From Vicugna vicugna (lineage: Eukaryota), in the NCBI GenBank assembly GCA_013265495.1, contig MU058252.1:840244-904243 (forward strand): 64,000 nt of DNA, given 5' to 3'. The notes under the pieces are model-generated. The model had not been told where the DNA came from. It saw only the letters and a list, made by a program, of their open reading frames with translations, and did no database searches. Of this stretch, positions 9,863 through 22,216 are shown piece after piece. Position 1 is the stretch's first letter; every line of letters starts with the position of its first letter. The position numbers and the translations under genes are program-made.

Positions 9863-12800
9863 AGCAGATCTGCTTGCCTCCCCTAAGGCCACGTCCTGGT
9901 TGCTGAGAACAGAATTAGGAAGGCACTCTTGTCAACTCCACCCTGCGGGCCAGAGCTCACAGCTCTGGGCTCCATGCTCTGTGAATTTGCTCAATAGGAA
10001 CACCTGGCGCCTTTGTAGAGGGGAGTAAGGACACAGCCACTCAGGCAGAGAGAAGAAAAGAATTATCCAGGTCATTCAGCGTCACGGTTGTTACTGAGCT
10101 GGTAGCAGAATATTCTGAAAGGAGATGGCAGAGTTGGCCTAACTGAGCAAAAAGTTGTTTTGGGCCCAAAATAGTTCCCTGTCCCACTGGATGGATCCTG
10201 GGAAGCTTTGGGTGGTAGTTGGTGGCAGGGGGAGGAAGTGCGGCTTTAAGACAAGCCACGAGACTTACAAACACAACGACCTTGACAGTGAGTGCAAGTC
10301 CCTAAAGAGACCCCAACTTCATCAACATGCACTTTTGGCCTCACTCAAAATGTTTACCCAAGAGCAGAGAAGAAGGCTGCCGTGGTGTCACTGGACTGCA
10401 GAAGTGTAGACGCAGCGACATGCTGGAAAATGTCCAACAGGCAGCTCCCCGGGAGGCAGGGACAGGGAGGGCTGATTTGTAGGGTCTGCGCCTTTGCGTG
10501 GTGCAAATACTCCAACCCTGGTCCACTCCAGGGCTCTAACGTGGCACGGATGGGCTTGCAAAGTTCCTGAAAAGTTTACAATTGGCTCTGCTACCCCTGG
10601 GGTCTCCCCGTTTGAGTCACACATGCCGGACATTCTTTAACTTGGGACAACACCTTTGATTGCACAATTGAGATGCATGCGGAGGCACTGGGCGAGGTGA
10701 CACTCATGCTGCAGGTGGGGTGACCGAGGACACTTTCTTCAGCACGTCTGGCCAATGGGCTGGGCAGCGGTGGCCACTCTCAGGGGCACTGACCTGTCCC
10801 TTCTCCGCGGTTTCCTTCAGCTGATGGTCCCAGATGAGCAAGAGGTGAAGCTCCATCAGGCGACTGTGACTCAGCGGGCAGCAATACGTCCTCATGGAAT
10901 GTTTTCCATGCTTGGGGATTTTCTTTTTAAGGGAAGGGCTAAAAAAAGGAGGAACTAGTGGCTTCCAAGATGGAACTGTTTTAAAATGTATCCCTGGACC
11001 ATTCTTTACACATCACACTCTTGGTTGGTGCTACACCTGGATGCCTGGAATAGGACCAAGTAATGGGGAGGGTAGCAGGCGCCTTTATGTCCTAGCACTT
11101 TGCCCCGGGGAAGAGGCAACGGGCTTCCCAGACCACCACCCTGATGCTCGGTCCACAGGATCCGGGGAGGGGCGGAAGTGCAGGTAATTCAGACTGCGTC
11201 CTGCGTTGGTTTTGTTGCGTTGGCCTTCTAGTTTTTCAATTACAAGCCCACCTTGAGAACTAGAAAAATAAAATGGCGTTGAAGAACACCTCCTGGACAC
11301 ACTGCATCTTGTGCGCTTGCTTCGTTCTTCTGCTTTGTGTGCTTCTTGTCTCCCCAGCCAGAGGCAAGGCGTCCTGACAGCAGGGCTCTGACCTGGTGGG
11401 AGAAGTACACCCTGTGCTTTCGGAGCCAGTTCTGAGAGATGGCTCTCCAGCAGGCAGGTGTGCCTGGGCAGGGGCAGGCTGTGCTCTGTGCTCTCTGGTC
11501 ACCTTGGGGGCAGTGCATCCTGTCCCCGGGGGCATTAGCTGACCGTCCCAGAGTCAGGGGAGGCTGTGCTAATGGCTCCCTGCCCTCTGCAGGCTCTGAC
11601 CTCCATCAGCCAGAGTTCTGCACTGACCCCAAGGCAGATCTGCCAGGAGCAGGCCCACAGCGTGACGATGGGGAAGGGGCCCAGGTACCCCAGCTGCCAG
11701 ATTTTCCAGGTGTGTTGGCCCCTGCACATCTGGGCACAGCAACCCGGCCAAGAGCCAGATGCGGAGGTGACTGTCTAACGGATGGCACTGCTGGGGTCAG
11801 GAAAGGCAGAGCAGGAGGGGCGTAGAGGGGGCTGCAGACAGGTAAGCAGGGCGGGCGCTCGTTCACCTCCGCTTCAGATGTGCGAGAATCGGGCGCTCGC
11901 CCCCTCTCCTCCGCATGGCCGCTGCGTTTCCCCACGAGCTCACAGTTCTCATGTGCCGGGCCTCGCGGGAGACCCTGGGGACCCCAGATGTGGGTAAACC
12001 AGGTCAACCACTGTACGTTCTTGGCTGGTGAGCCTGGAGGCCCTGTTCCCACAGCACAGGGAGAGGTGCTAAGGCAGGCTGCATCTTTGTCCCTTTTCCA
12101 ACCTGCTGGGACTTGTCGTTGGTCTTCATGGACACCACAGTGTGTGCCCAGCCTCCGTCAGTCATCGCACCCTCCCCGTCCCCAGCATGTGCAGCAGGAG
12201 GCCCTGACTGCGAGGGCCCAGCAGCCTGGGGGACCGTCCCTCTGCCCTCCTGTTAGAGGCCCAGGCCGGGTGGTCCACAGAGCGCCCTGAGGAACAAGTC
12301 CTTCAAGGCCACCCTTCCTTGGGACTCCCAGTTTTAATATAATAACAAAAATAACAATGAAAAAACCTCCCTTACCATCAGAGCCTCTTGGAGTGCTGGG
12401 TTATGTGCAGCTGCAAAGAATCTCATGGAAATGGTTGCTGGAGGCCCGGATGAGACTCAGTGCAGACCTTCCTGACTCCCAGCCCCGGGCCAGGCACACC
12501 CCGCAACAGCGCCCTGGCGTCAGGAGGGGGCATCCGAGTGACCTGTGCTTCTCAGCCATGCTGGGAGGCTGGGAGGTCAGCCCTCATTGTTCAGTTTAAG
12601 AAATAAAAGAAACGGAGGTTCAGAGCGATGAACTAATTCGCCCAAGATCCCCCATGGCGGGCAGGGGCAGGGCTGGGCTCACACTCTGGGTCTGCCGGCC
12701 CCCCATCCAGGGGCACTCAGGACCCTGGGCGCCTCTCCTCGGCTGGGATGTTGAAAACATGCATGAAGACACATCAACTGAAAAGGCACTCGGTAACCGC

Positions 12801-14912
12801 TGCAGGTCACGTGACGGTACCTGAAAAGCACCAGACCCCTGAAAGGCTTCGAGCCAAACAAAACCCAGTTATGTAAGAGGCCGCGGGGGGGGCCCCTCGG
12901 AGCCGCACACCCGCCAGCACAGATTTGCTGGCGCTCTCCTGCTGGTTGCAAAATACTGTGTCATATTTCATGGAAAGTTCTAAAGGTCACCGTGGCACTT
13001 GACTCTGAGCGTGATTGTGTGTCACCTCATCGGGGCCTTCCGCTCCTCTTCCCCAGAGCTTTTTATGAGGCTGTGGCTCTGAGGGTGACCCCCCCGCCCC
13101 TCCCTTGCCCTGACGCAGGCACTCGTGCCCGCCCCTCCACGTCAGCCCGACACACTCACGTGAGGTCACACAGGCCCCCGGGCTCCTCCAGGAGCTCAAG
13201 TGCAGAGAGGCTTTGAGTGGCAAGAGGTTGATTTTGGGGGGGCAAAGACAAACCACAACAGTTCTACTCATACCAGTTACATCCAAACCCAGGGACAACA
13301 GGGGTATCTTAATTTTAAAGATACAGAATAGTACAGAAAAAGCAAAAATCGATGGCAATAATTATTTTTAGCATGCCAAAGTGCAGCACCCCAAAATTAC
13401 AGAATCCCCAGATACCCTTAACATCCTACAGGGGCATTATACACCCCAAGGAAGGACCCAGTGGGAGTCTTTTTAATCCCTTCTCGTGAGCACTGGCGTC
13501 CCTGGGGTTTCCACCCAGGCCAAGGACCCTGAAGGCACCAAAGGCAAGAGCTGACAAGATGTGCTCCTGACTCCAGCTTCCAGGGCGGTCCCAGAGAGAG
13601 CCCTGGATCCGAGGGCCACGGAGCAACTGCTTCCAGACACCGGGTCCCAGAGGGGCTTGGCCAAGCGCCGGCTGTTCCGTTCACTTCTCTCAGTTATGTC
13701 CTAGAGAGGTCAGAGTGACAGAAGAAAGTGCAAAGCCCTTGGCAAAGGTGAAGACCCTGTTAACTCACAGGCTCGGCAGAAAGTCCAGCTGTGGTCCACC
13801 CGGGCCCTCAGCTCCCGGGCACCCAAGCACTGTCTCCGGTTTCTGGAATCTGGGGCTCCCAGGAGGAACCCAAATGCTCTGGCACTTCCTTCCTTTGGAA
13901 ACCACTAGTTTAGAATCTGAGGCCTGAGCTGGAAGTTGCCTGCGATCTGTTTCTTCTGAATAGTGAAATGAATTATCCAACAAGATGAGACAGGAAGGTT
14001 TAAAAGACTTGAATCAGATGTAGCATCTCGAGGCTAGGTAGGTTCACTGATAGGCAGCTGATTTTGAGCCATTTTGAGCCAAAGCAGCCCGGAAAAAGCT
14101 CCCCAGGTCAGACTCCATGTGCCTGAATGGGCGTCACCCAGAGGGCCCGGGTCTCCTCCCCTGCGGGGGGCTGGCGCAGCGCTGGCTGCCTGGGCTCTGC
14201 ATCGGGGGGTGCAGGGACACTTGGACTTGAACCAGGAGCACCATGTATTTGCAATTCCTGCTGCAGATGCCAACTGAGAAATCACAGGGACTCAGACAGA
14301 ACCCTGCTCCTTGGCCAAAACACCCAACACCCAAGTGGTGCACTCCTCGAATGGGGAGCCAAGGGACTTTCCTCCTAATAATTTACTCTTTTCAACCACA
14401 CACACACAAGAATGCTGGTTCTTAGCAGCAAGTTCTGAGGGGGAGAGCCTGGGTGCTATTCAAGGCAAGACACTGCTGGAGAGTGCAGCCGGTAGGGGAG
14501 GGGGCAGGAAGCAGGGAAGACGCAGGAGCAGGGTGGTCAAGCATCCCTTAAGTCTACGTACAGTCATCCCATCTCAGTAGCGGCTGGATGTGTTCCCATA
14601 CCTCCCGGGGCAATGTGGGAAGGACTCTGAATCATCTATGATGAGCAACATTATATTTAGTATCTTTCGAATAAGAAAATTGCCAAGTATTTAATGCTTC
14701 TGATGCTGGAAAAGTGCGTGTATTGAGGCTTACTGGCTTCAGTTTCAGATATCTAGAAAGTTAACTTATGTGGCTGGTTCATCTCCCAAGGCTGATATAA
14801 TATAAAAAAGATATTCTATAATTCAGATCGTTTGCTAATTCAGATTGGCCTTATTTCCCAATTAATCAGATGTGACAATACTCACTGACCTCACTCCCTT
14901 CACATTCTGTGT

Positions 14913-15497
14913 CAGGCGTCATTCTCCATGGGGGTGACAGCTCCCCTAAGTGAAGATTGGCTCTTGGGGAGGGGGGACCATATTCTTTTTATATATAAAG
15001 CAGATACACACAGCACATAAATAATATATGGGATATCTGTTTCATTAAAAATGCAAGGGGGTGGCTAGAAAAAACTGCCTAAAAAGACTCTTTAGGGGGT
15101 GACAAAAAGAAAAGGTTGATTAATTTAAAAAAAGAGCAGAGGGAAATTGAGGACGACGTTGGATAAGATCACATGCCAGGTTTATCATGGATAAGCTGTA
15201 AAGTAGTTGAAGATGCACATAGTTTAAAGAGGTCCCTTTCTGGTTTGGGGGGAGTAATGCAGGGCCTTTCAATATTTATCATCATGTATTGCTTGATTTT
15301 TAAAATTTAAACCATGTGATTGAACTACTTCACAGGAAACCAAAACATAAAAAGGAGAAAACAAAAACACAAACAACAAAAAAATCTAGTAAATGGTGAC
15401 CGGTGTCTAGAGCAGAAAAAAACAGCAAGGTACATTCTCAGTAAGTTGTTTTAGTAAACATTTAAAAAAAAGAAAAAGAAAAAGTTGAGAAACAGTA
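14913..15497 (-). mobile_element. MER112-like hAT-Charlie element interrupted by an insertion at 15120-15472
   Basis: cattctccatgggggtgac...aaaaagactctttagggggtgac-aaaaagaaaaggttga and terminal gttgagaaacagt match the recalled consensus; the family name is uncertain. Confidence 0.6.
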
Positions 15498-16099
15498 TTG
15501 GAACCAGCAGCCTCTTCCAGGCATCCGGCTCTCGCCTCCCGTTCCTGTCCCAGAAGGTGAAGTGGGAACCTTTATCCCAGCCCTCCCCTCGGGGACGACT
15601 CAGAGACTGCTAACTCACCAAGCTGTGAGAACCCAGCCTCCTGGGCTTCGGGTGACTTGGGCTGGTTGAGGGTCCTAGGAGAGGCTGAGGCTGAGGCTGA
15701 GGGAGAAGGTGGGAAGTTCTCACACAGGCCTGTGAGGCCTTTCAGGGTGTGCTCGGAAGAAACTAGACTGACTGCAGCCGAGCAGGAGAACTTCCTGGTG
15801 GCCAGGAGATGAAACTCAGAAACAGCGGTTCCAGAGAATTTTCTGTCTTGTCTCCCTTCTCACCAGAGGCTGTAAAGGGACAGTTAGACTCTGTGCTAGC
15901 CTTTCACGATGTGGTGAGTGACAATGAAGCAGTCCCCTCCTCCACAGGCCTGTCCTGGGGTCTCATCCTCCCAGGACGGGGCTCATTCCTCAGAAGTTGT
16001 GATCTGCGGGTCCCTGGCCTCCACCTTCCTGTGCCCCAATCCCCATCCTTCATTTTAACAAGTCTGTGTTTCTCCATGGGCCAGGTACTAAGGAGCAAT

Positions 16100-17150
16100 G
16101 CATTAAGTACTTTTGGTCATCAAAATAAAAAAATTTTGTGCATCAAAGGACACTGCTGAGAGTGAAAATACAGCCCCCAGAAAGGGAGAAAATATCTGCC
16201 AGTCATGTATCTCCTAAGGGCCTGGTCCAGAATATATAAAGAATTCCTACAACTCAACAACAACAAAAGACAGCCCAGTTAAAAGTGAATAGACATTGTT
16301 CCAGAGAAGATACACAGATGGCCAATATGTACATGAACAGATACTCAATTCATTAGGGAAACAAATGAAAACCACAATAAGATAACCACTTTGCATCCAC
16401 TAGGAGGCAATGATCATCATAATAATAACAACAAATGGAAAATGATAACTGTTGTAGAAGATGTGGAGAAATTAAAACTCTTGTACATTGCTGGTAGGAA
16501 TGTAAAATGGTGCAGCCACTGGGGAAAACAGATTGGCTATTCCTCATCAAGTTAAAGAGAAGGTTACCAAATGACCCAGAAATTCCACTCCTAGGTATCT
16601 ACCCCAAAGAACTGGAAACAGGTGTTTAAACAAAAACATGTGCACAGGAATGTTCACAGCAGTACTATTTACAATAGCCAAAAGAGGGAAATGACCCAGA
16701 TGTCTATCAATAGACGGATGGATAAACAAAACGTGGCTGATCTACACAGTGGAATATTATTCAGCCATAAAAAGGAATGAGGCTCTGATACACGCTAACA
16801 CGTGGATAAACCTTCAAAATGATACCCTGAGTGAAAGAAGCCAAGCACAAGAGGTCACACTGTGTATGAGTCCATTTATATGAAATACTCAGAATGGGCA
16901 AATCCACAGAGACAGAAAGCAGACGAGGATGAGTGTTGGCCCAGAGCTCGGCAGAGGGGGATGGGGAGTAACGGCTTCTGTGACTGAGGTTTCTGTCTGG
17001 GGTGATGAAGAAAGTTCTAGAATTAGATGGTGGTGGATTCACAACAATGCAAATGCACTTAATGCCACTGAACCATACACTTTAAAGTGGTTAAGCTGGG
17101 AAATTGTATGTTATATGTATTTTACCACAAAACCACAAGACTGAAATTAA
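16100..17150 (+). mobile_element. L1MB-type fragment (ORF2 end plus 3'UTR)
   Basis: cagaatatataaagaattcctacaactcaac, aattccactcctaggtatctacccc, tggaatattattcagccataaaaaggaatga, aatgccactgaac. Confidence 0.88.
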
Positions 17151-17369
17151 ACCATAGCAGATACTAGAGGAAAATATAGGTGAATTCTACAATCTGGGTT
17201 TAGGGAAAGGCTTTCCACTGATTTCTTTCTAAGTGTCCACTGCACTAAGGGCTATTTTTACATCTTTTGAGAATTGTCTATTCATGTCTTTGCCATATCA
17301 GCTCAAATATACCACGTTTATGTATTTTTCCAGCTATATAATACTCCACTGAGTGGATGTACCTTCTTT

Positions 17370-18875
17370 ATTTGATCCAACTACTTTCCTCTATGTAAGC
17401 ATATTTCATTTATGTCTGCTGAGAAGGCTTAGAAACAGTGACATCTCAGTTGCAATAAGCATGCTTTGGATCTTATTTCTAAATACTACCCATCACTAAA
17501 AGTAACAAGGGCTCTTTGGAGAAAGTCTGATTCCAGGACTGGGGCAGGGAAAGCAGATGAGGCTGGACCATTTTGTTGCACCAGAAAGTAGTAAGTGCTT
17601 ACAACAATCTGAGGGTGGTCATGGGACACAGGGACCAGCCTGAAGGGGCTCCTGTGGCCAACAGGACCATCTGAGCATCAAAATATGGTCATGACAAACC
17701 AAAACCTGTTGAATAAAATATGAGTCCATGAGGCTATACCTACATACATACGTAAGGAGAAAAGGAAAATTTCTTCCTTAGCAGAATTCCAACTGATCAA
17801 TGTAGAATTAGTGATATCAGAAAATCACCTTGGCAACCACTGTAGTAATAATTCAGGCAAGATTAACCAGCTGAGGCTAGAACTAGCACGTGAATGTTTG
17901 ATGAGAAAGAAGGTATTTACAAAATTATAAAGTAGCTCCCCATGACATATTTACTGCTTACAAAGGGAAAAGTAATAACTGGATGAGAGTGGAGAATGTA
18001 ACCATGGCAGACACCTCCCTTAACCAAGCCATCAGTTAGTATCACCAGGAATGGGCCCGTGTGACCTCAAGTGTTCCTGCTGTGATGCCAGGACAGGACG
18101 TCAGACCTGGATCTAATCTAATCTGAGGAAACATCAGGCAAACCAGAGCAAAGGACAGTCCACACAGTAACCGGCCTGTACAATCTTGAAAAATGCTGAG
18201 GTCATGAAGACAAGGTTGAGGGCAGCTCCAGTTCAATGGGACTGAGGAGGAAGAAAGACAACCAAATGCAGTGCGTGATGGGGGCTTCCTCTTCCAAAAA
18301 TGTTATCGAGACAAATTTGTGAGCAGAGAATAGAGCCTGCAGCTTGGCTAACATGGTTGTATTAATGTTAATTTCCCACTTTGGATGAGCAAACTGTAGT
18401 TAGGAGAATGTCCCTGTTTTTACAAAAGGTGCACTGAAATATTTAGGGGTAAGGGGACATTATGATTGAAACTTACTCTTTTTTTCAATGTTTGGTTTTT
18501 TAAAAAATTTATCTAATTTAAAAAATTTGTTTAAAAAATTTAATTTGTTTAGGGGGGAGGTAATTAGGTTTATTAATTAATTTATTTAATCGAGGTACTG
18601 GGGATTACACCCAGGACCTTGTGCATGCTAAGCATGCGCTCTGCCACTGAGCTGCAGCCTACCCCCAGCCGACTGCAACTTATTCTTGATGGTTTAGATT
18701 TCATATAAACACATACAAATATATATATGTATTGAGAAAGGGGTGGGGGATATAAGTAAATATGGTAACAAAAAGTTAACATTGGGGAATCTGGATGAAA
18801 GGTATATGAGAATTCTTTGCACTATTTTTGCAACTTTTATGTCAGTTTGAAGTTGTCAAAATAAAATGTTATTTT
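17370..18875 (+). mobile_element. Old L1 (L1MC/L1ME-type) 3'UTR, split by a SINE
   Basis: Ends ggggaatctggatgaaaggtatatgagaattctttgcactatttttgcaactttt...aaaataaaa. Confidence 0.7.
18480..18668 (-). mobile_element. Camelid tRNA-derived SINE nested in an old L1
   Basis: Reverse-complement SINE; TSD gattgaaacttactctt / gactgcaacttattctt. Confidence 0.85.
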
Positions 18876-20309
18876 TAAGGAGGAATTAAGAAGTAACACG
18901 GTCAGAGCAAGGATGCAGTGTTCGCTAGCATCTCCTTTTACTGTGTCCTGTGATAGACTCATCACCCACGCAGCCCTCAGAGGACTAGCGAGCTCTCCAG
19001 TTCGCTGAGGGAAGGGAGAGTTTTCCTTGGCTTCTCCCAAATAATAATAACTGTCAACCCCTGCAGCCCGGCCCAGGCTGGCGACCACACGGGCTCCTTT
19101 GGGGACATCTGCACGATGGCCAGCAGAGGGCGCCCTCCCAGGGGACCCACACTGGGTACCAGGCCACATAGCTCTGCAATGTGTTGGCTGAACTTTTCAG
19201 GAAACTTGGATGCCACACATACTTTTCCTTTCTTTGCGGACAGGCAAGATGAGTCACTGAAGTTTTTCAGCCCTGGGATTCAGACCTCACCAGCTGCCCA
19301 GATCCAGAGGGCGCTGGCCTGGGCCAGGAAGTGCAGGGCCCAGGGCCTCAGCTCCAGCGGGACCAGGCAGCTCCCAGGAGGTCTGAGGATGGGCGCGGCA
19401 CCCTCAGCCTCAGGACCGTGCCGTGGAGCATGGGCAAGCAGGGAGAACCTCGCTCAGCCAGGCTTAGGGTAGAACTCACGCGACTCTGGATTCTGTCACA
19501 TTTGGGGACAGACCCAGGGCTATTGGTACAAATGGCCCCAGGGAGAGCTGGGCCTGCCTCCTCTCCCACCTCCCGTGCAACCTCTCTCAGGGCACGTAAC
19601 CTGTCCTCCAAGCTCGTGCACACCTTCATCTGTTCACCCAGCCCTTCCTGCCTTCGCTCAAAGGGCCACTGACCCTGGGACATCCGAGCAAGGACTGAGC
19701 GCAGGGGCCACGCCTGAGCCACCTGCGAGAGGAGCTGTTGCAGGCTCCCCAGAGGCCCACCCGGGATGGGACCTGGCAGCATGGGTTTTAGGGATGCTCT
19801 TGGGATCAACTTCCACAACAAGGGAAGGAGAAGGACTGGGCCCTGGACTAAGCTGAGGGGCCATGCAGACCCAGCGAGGCCCCGACGGAAAGCTCCGGGA
19901 CTGGAACAACCCTCAGAGTGGGGTGAGGGGTGGGTCCTTTACATCCACACACTGACCAGCTGCTGGGCGCAGGCCGGCTCAGGAAGGGGCACCACCCTGT
20001 GTGGGTGGCAGCTCTGCTGGCGGCATGGCCAGGAGCTTGGGAACTGAGTCCCTCATTCCTGGAGGGGAATCTGGGAGGCCGCACAGCGTCCATCACTAGG
20101 TCTTCGGAGCAGAGGGCCTGGGGTGGAGTGAGCTCGGCATCTTCAAGGACCAGGAGTGCAGGAGGCCAGGCAGGCATGTTACAGAGCCACCGAGGGCCAG
20201 TATGCAGAGGACGTGGCAAGACTTCAGATTTTAACTTGAGTGTTTTGGGAGGCATTGGGGACAGAAGTGGGGACGGAAGAGGGAATGAAATGACCAGATT
20301 TGTTAAAAC

Positions 20310-20468
20310 GGGGCCAATCCTGTCGGCCACCTGCTTTTATAAATAAAGATTTATTGGGACACAGTTAACATTTTATCTGTGGCCGAGTCGTGGCAACAGA
20401 GACCAGGTGGCTCCTAACACCTAAAACACTTGCCATCTGGCCTTTTACAGAAAGTCTGCCAACCCTGC
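20310..20468. mobile_element. MER58A-like hAT-Charlie fragment
   Basis: ccacctgcttttataaataaagatttattgggacacag...catctggccttttacagaaagtctgccaaccc. Confidence 0.75.
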
Positions 20469-21786
20469 TTTAAAAGACCCCCTCCCTGCATCATCTCCCA
20501 GACAGCAAGGTGGTACTCACGGGGTCCAAGAGCCCAAGACCCTCCCCGGTCCCCAGTTCTCACCCCCATGTTTACAGCATTCCGCTTAATGGTTGAGCAC
20601 ACACTCTCTGGCACCAGTGATAAATGTACCTATATCACCTGTCTCTGCCAAGAGGCTGCTCCAGGCGGCTGCCAGGCCCCCAGGAAGAAGTGGGGCCCCT
20701 GAGGACCAGAGAGGCCGGCCTCCAGGTCTCTGCCGATGTCAGGAGCAGCAGCCCAGCTCCCCCCACCCCACCCCACACAGCGTTGGCAGGAAGAACTCCG
20801 CATGGGGATCCCGCAAGTACTGCTCCATCTCTGCATGACACCGTTCCTCGGGGGCAGGAGGAGAGCCCCACAGACCGAGTCCCAAAGACAGGCTGATTTA
20901 TCGGAGAAGGAAATGTTCGAAGGAAACAAAGTCAGGTCCAGGAGGCAAGAGGAAGGGTGGAAAGTTGGGGAGTGAAAAAGCTGAGTGACTTCTGCTGGGG
21001 GGGGGAAGCAGGAGGCTGCCCATCCTCGCATGGGACTTGCAGGGGAGAGTTAGGGGGTCCCATGCATGTCCTAGGGTGAAATTCCCTGCTGGCCACCTAT
21101 GTGCAGCTTCTCGGAACGAAAGCCTGAAGTTGGTGCTCAGTGGGCATCAGACACAGGGAAGGACGCAGTGGTCTAGCGTCCTTCCCTGGGTGTTGGGGAT
21201 GCCCTTCTAGAGCTGCCAGGCGTCCTTCTAGAGCTGCTAGCGTGCTAGCCTGGGTGTTGGGGATGCCCTTCTAGAGCGATTCCTTTGGATGGAGGTGGCA
21301 CCAAATCACTAAGAATGTCTGCTTCTGCTGCACTGAAAGAGGTTTCCTGTCACCGCGGTGCTGGGGGCGGTGCCTGGACGGATCTGCTGTCACATCCCAG
21401 GCACTGGCGCGTGTGTCACCCAGCGGGGTTCACCCAGGTGCTGGCACCTGACCATCGGCCCCCATTCCCACTCCCCACCACTCCCCTGCTCTGCTGGCAC
21501 ACAGGGGGCCGGCCCTGCCCCGTGATGCCCAGGCTCCCTTCCTGGCCGGCCTCTGGCTGCGGGGAGGGGGACGCCTTGGGCAGCCCCTCTGGCCCTGGTC
21601 CTGCCAGAAGGACAGCTCCCACTAGGTCACCCCCATGTGTCCCCGTCCCACACTGCATTGCTCTCCTCCCTGCCCCTTCCCCAGGGACGTAGAGGGGTCG
21701 TCGCTAACCCAGGTTGGCCCCCTACTCTTACCTGGCTTCTCAGCTCCTCCCTCACCTTTATAACTATGTAATCTTTATGTTCCATC

Positions 21787-21842
21787 TTATTTATTTATTT
21801 ACTTACTTATTTAATTAATTTATTTATTTAACTAATTTATTT
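21787..21842. repeat. (TTTA)n-like microsatellite
   Basis: Imperfect ttat/ttac/ttaa tetramer run. Confidence 0.85.
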
Positions 21843-22099
21843 GACATTAACAATCAATGATGGATATTTTATGTACCTACATTAATCAGTCCTGAAAAAC
21901 TCTCAAAACTAAGCCAAATACCACACGGCTCCCATCCCAACCTGATCAGTTTGCAAGAATTCCAGCGTCTGGTTACCTAAACTGTGGAAACCAAGATGTT
22001 GGATGAGATCTCTTCTTTTTTTTTAATTTAATCTGTTTACATTTATTATAAATATATATATCTATATATCTACACATTTATATTATTTTATACTACATT

Positions 22100-22216
22100 T
22101 AATGAAAAAGAACACGAAAACAAATGTATGTATGTCTATGGATGACTGAAACATGATGCTGTGCACCAGAAACTGACACAACATTGTAAACTGACTAGAC
22201 TTCCATTAAAAAAAAA
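22100..22216 (+). mobile_element. Short L1 3' end
   Basis: aatgaaaaagaac...gcaccagaaactgacacaacattgtaaactgactagac plus A tail; shares diagnostic bases with 33779-33931. Confidence 0.8.
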
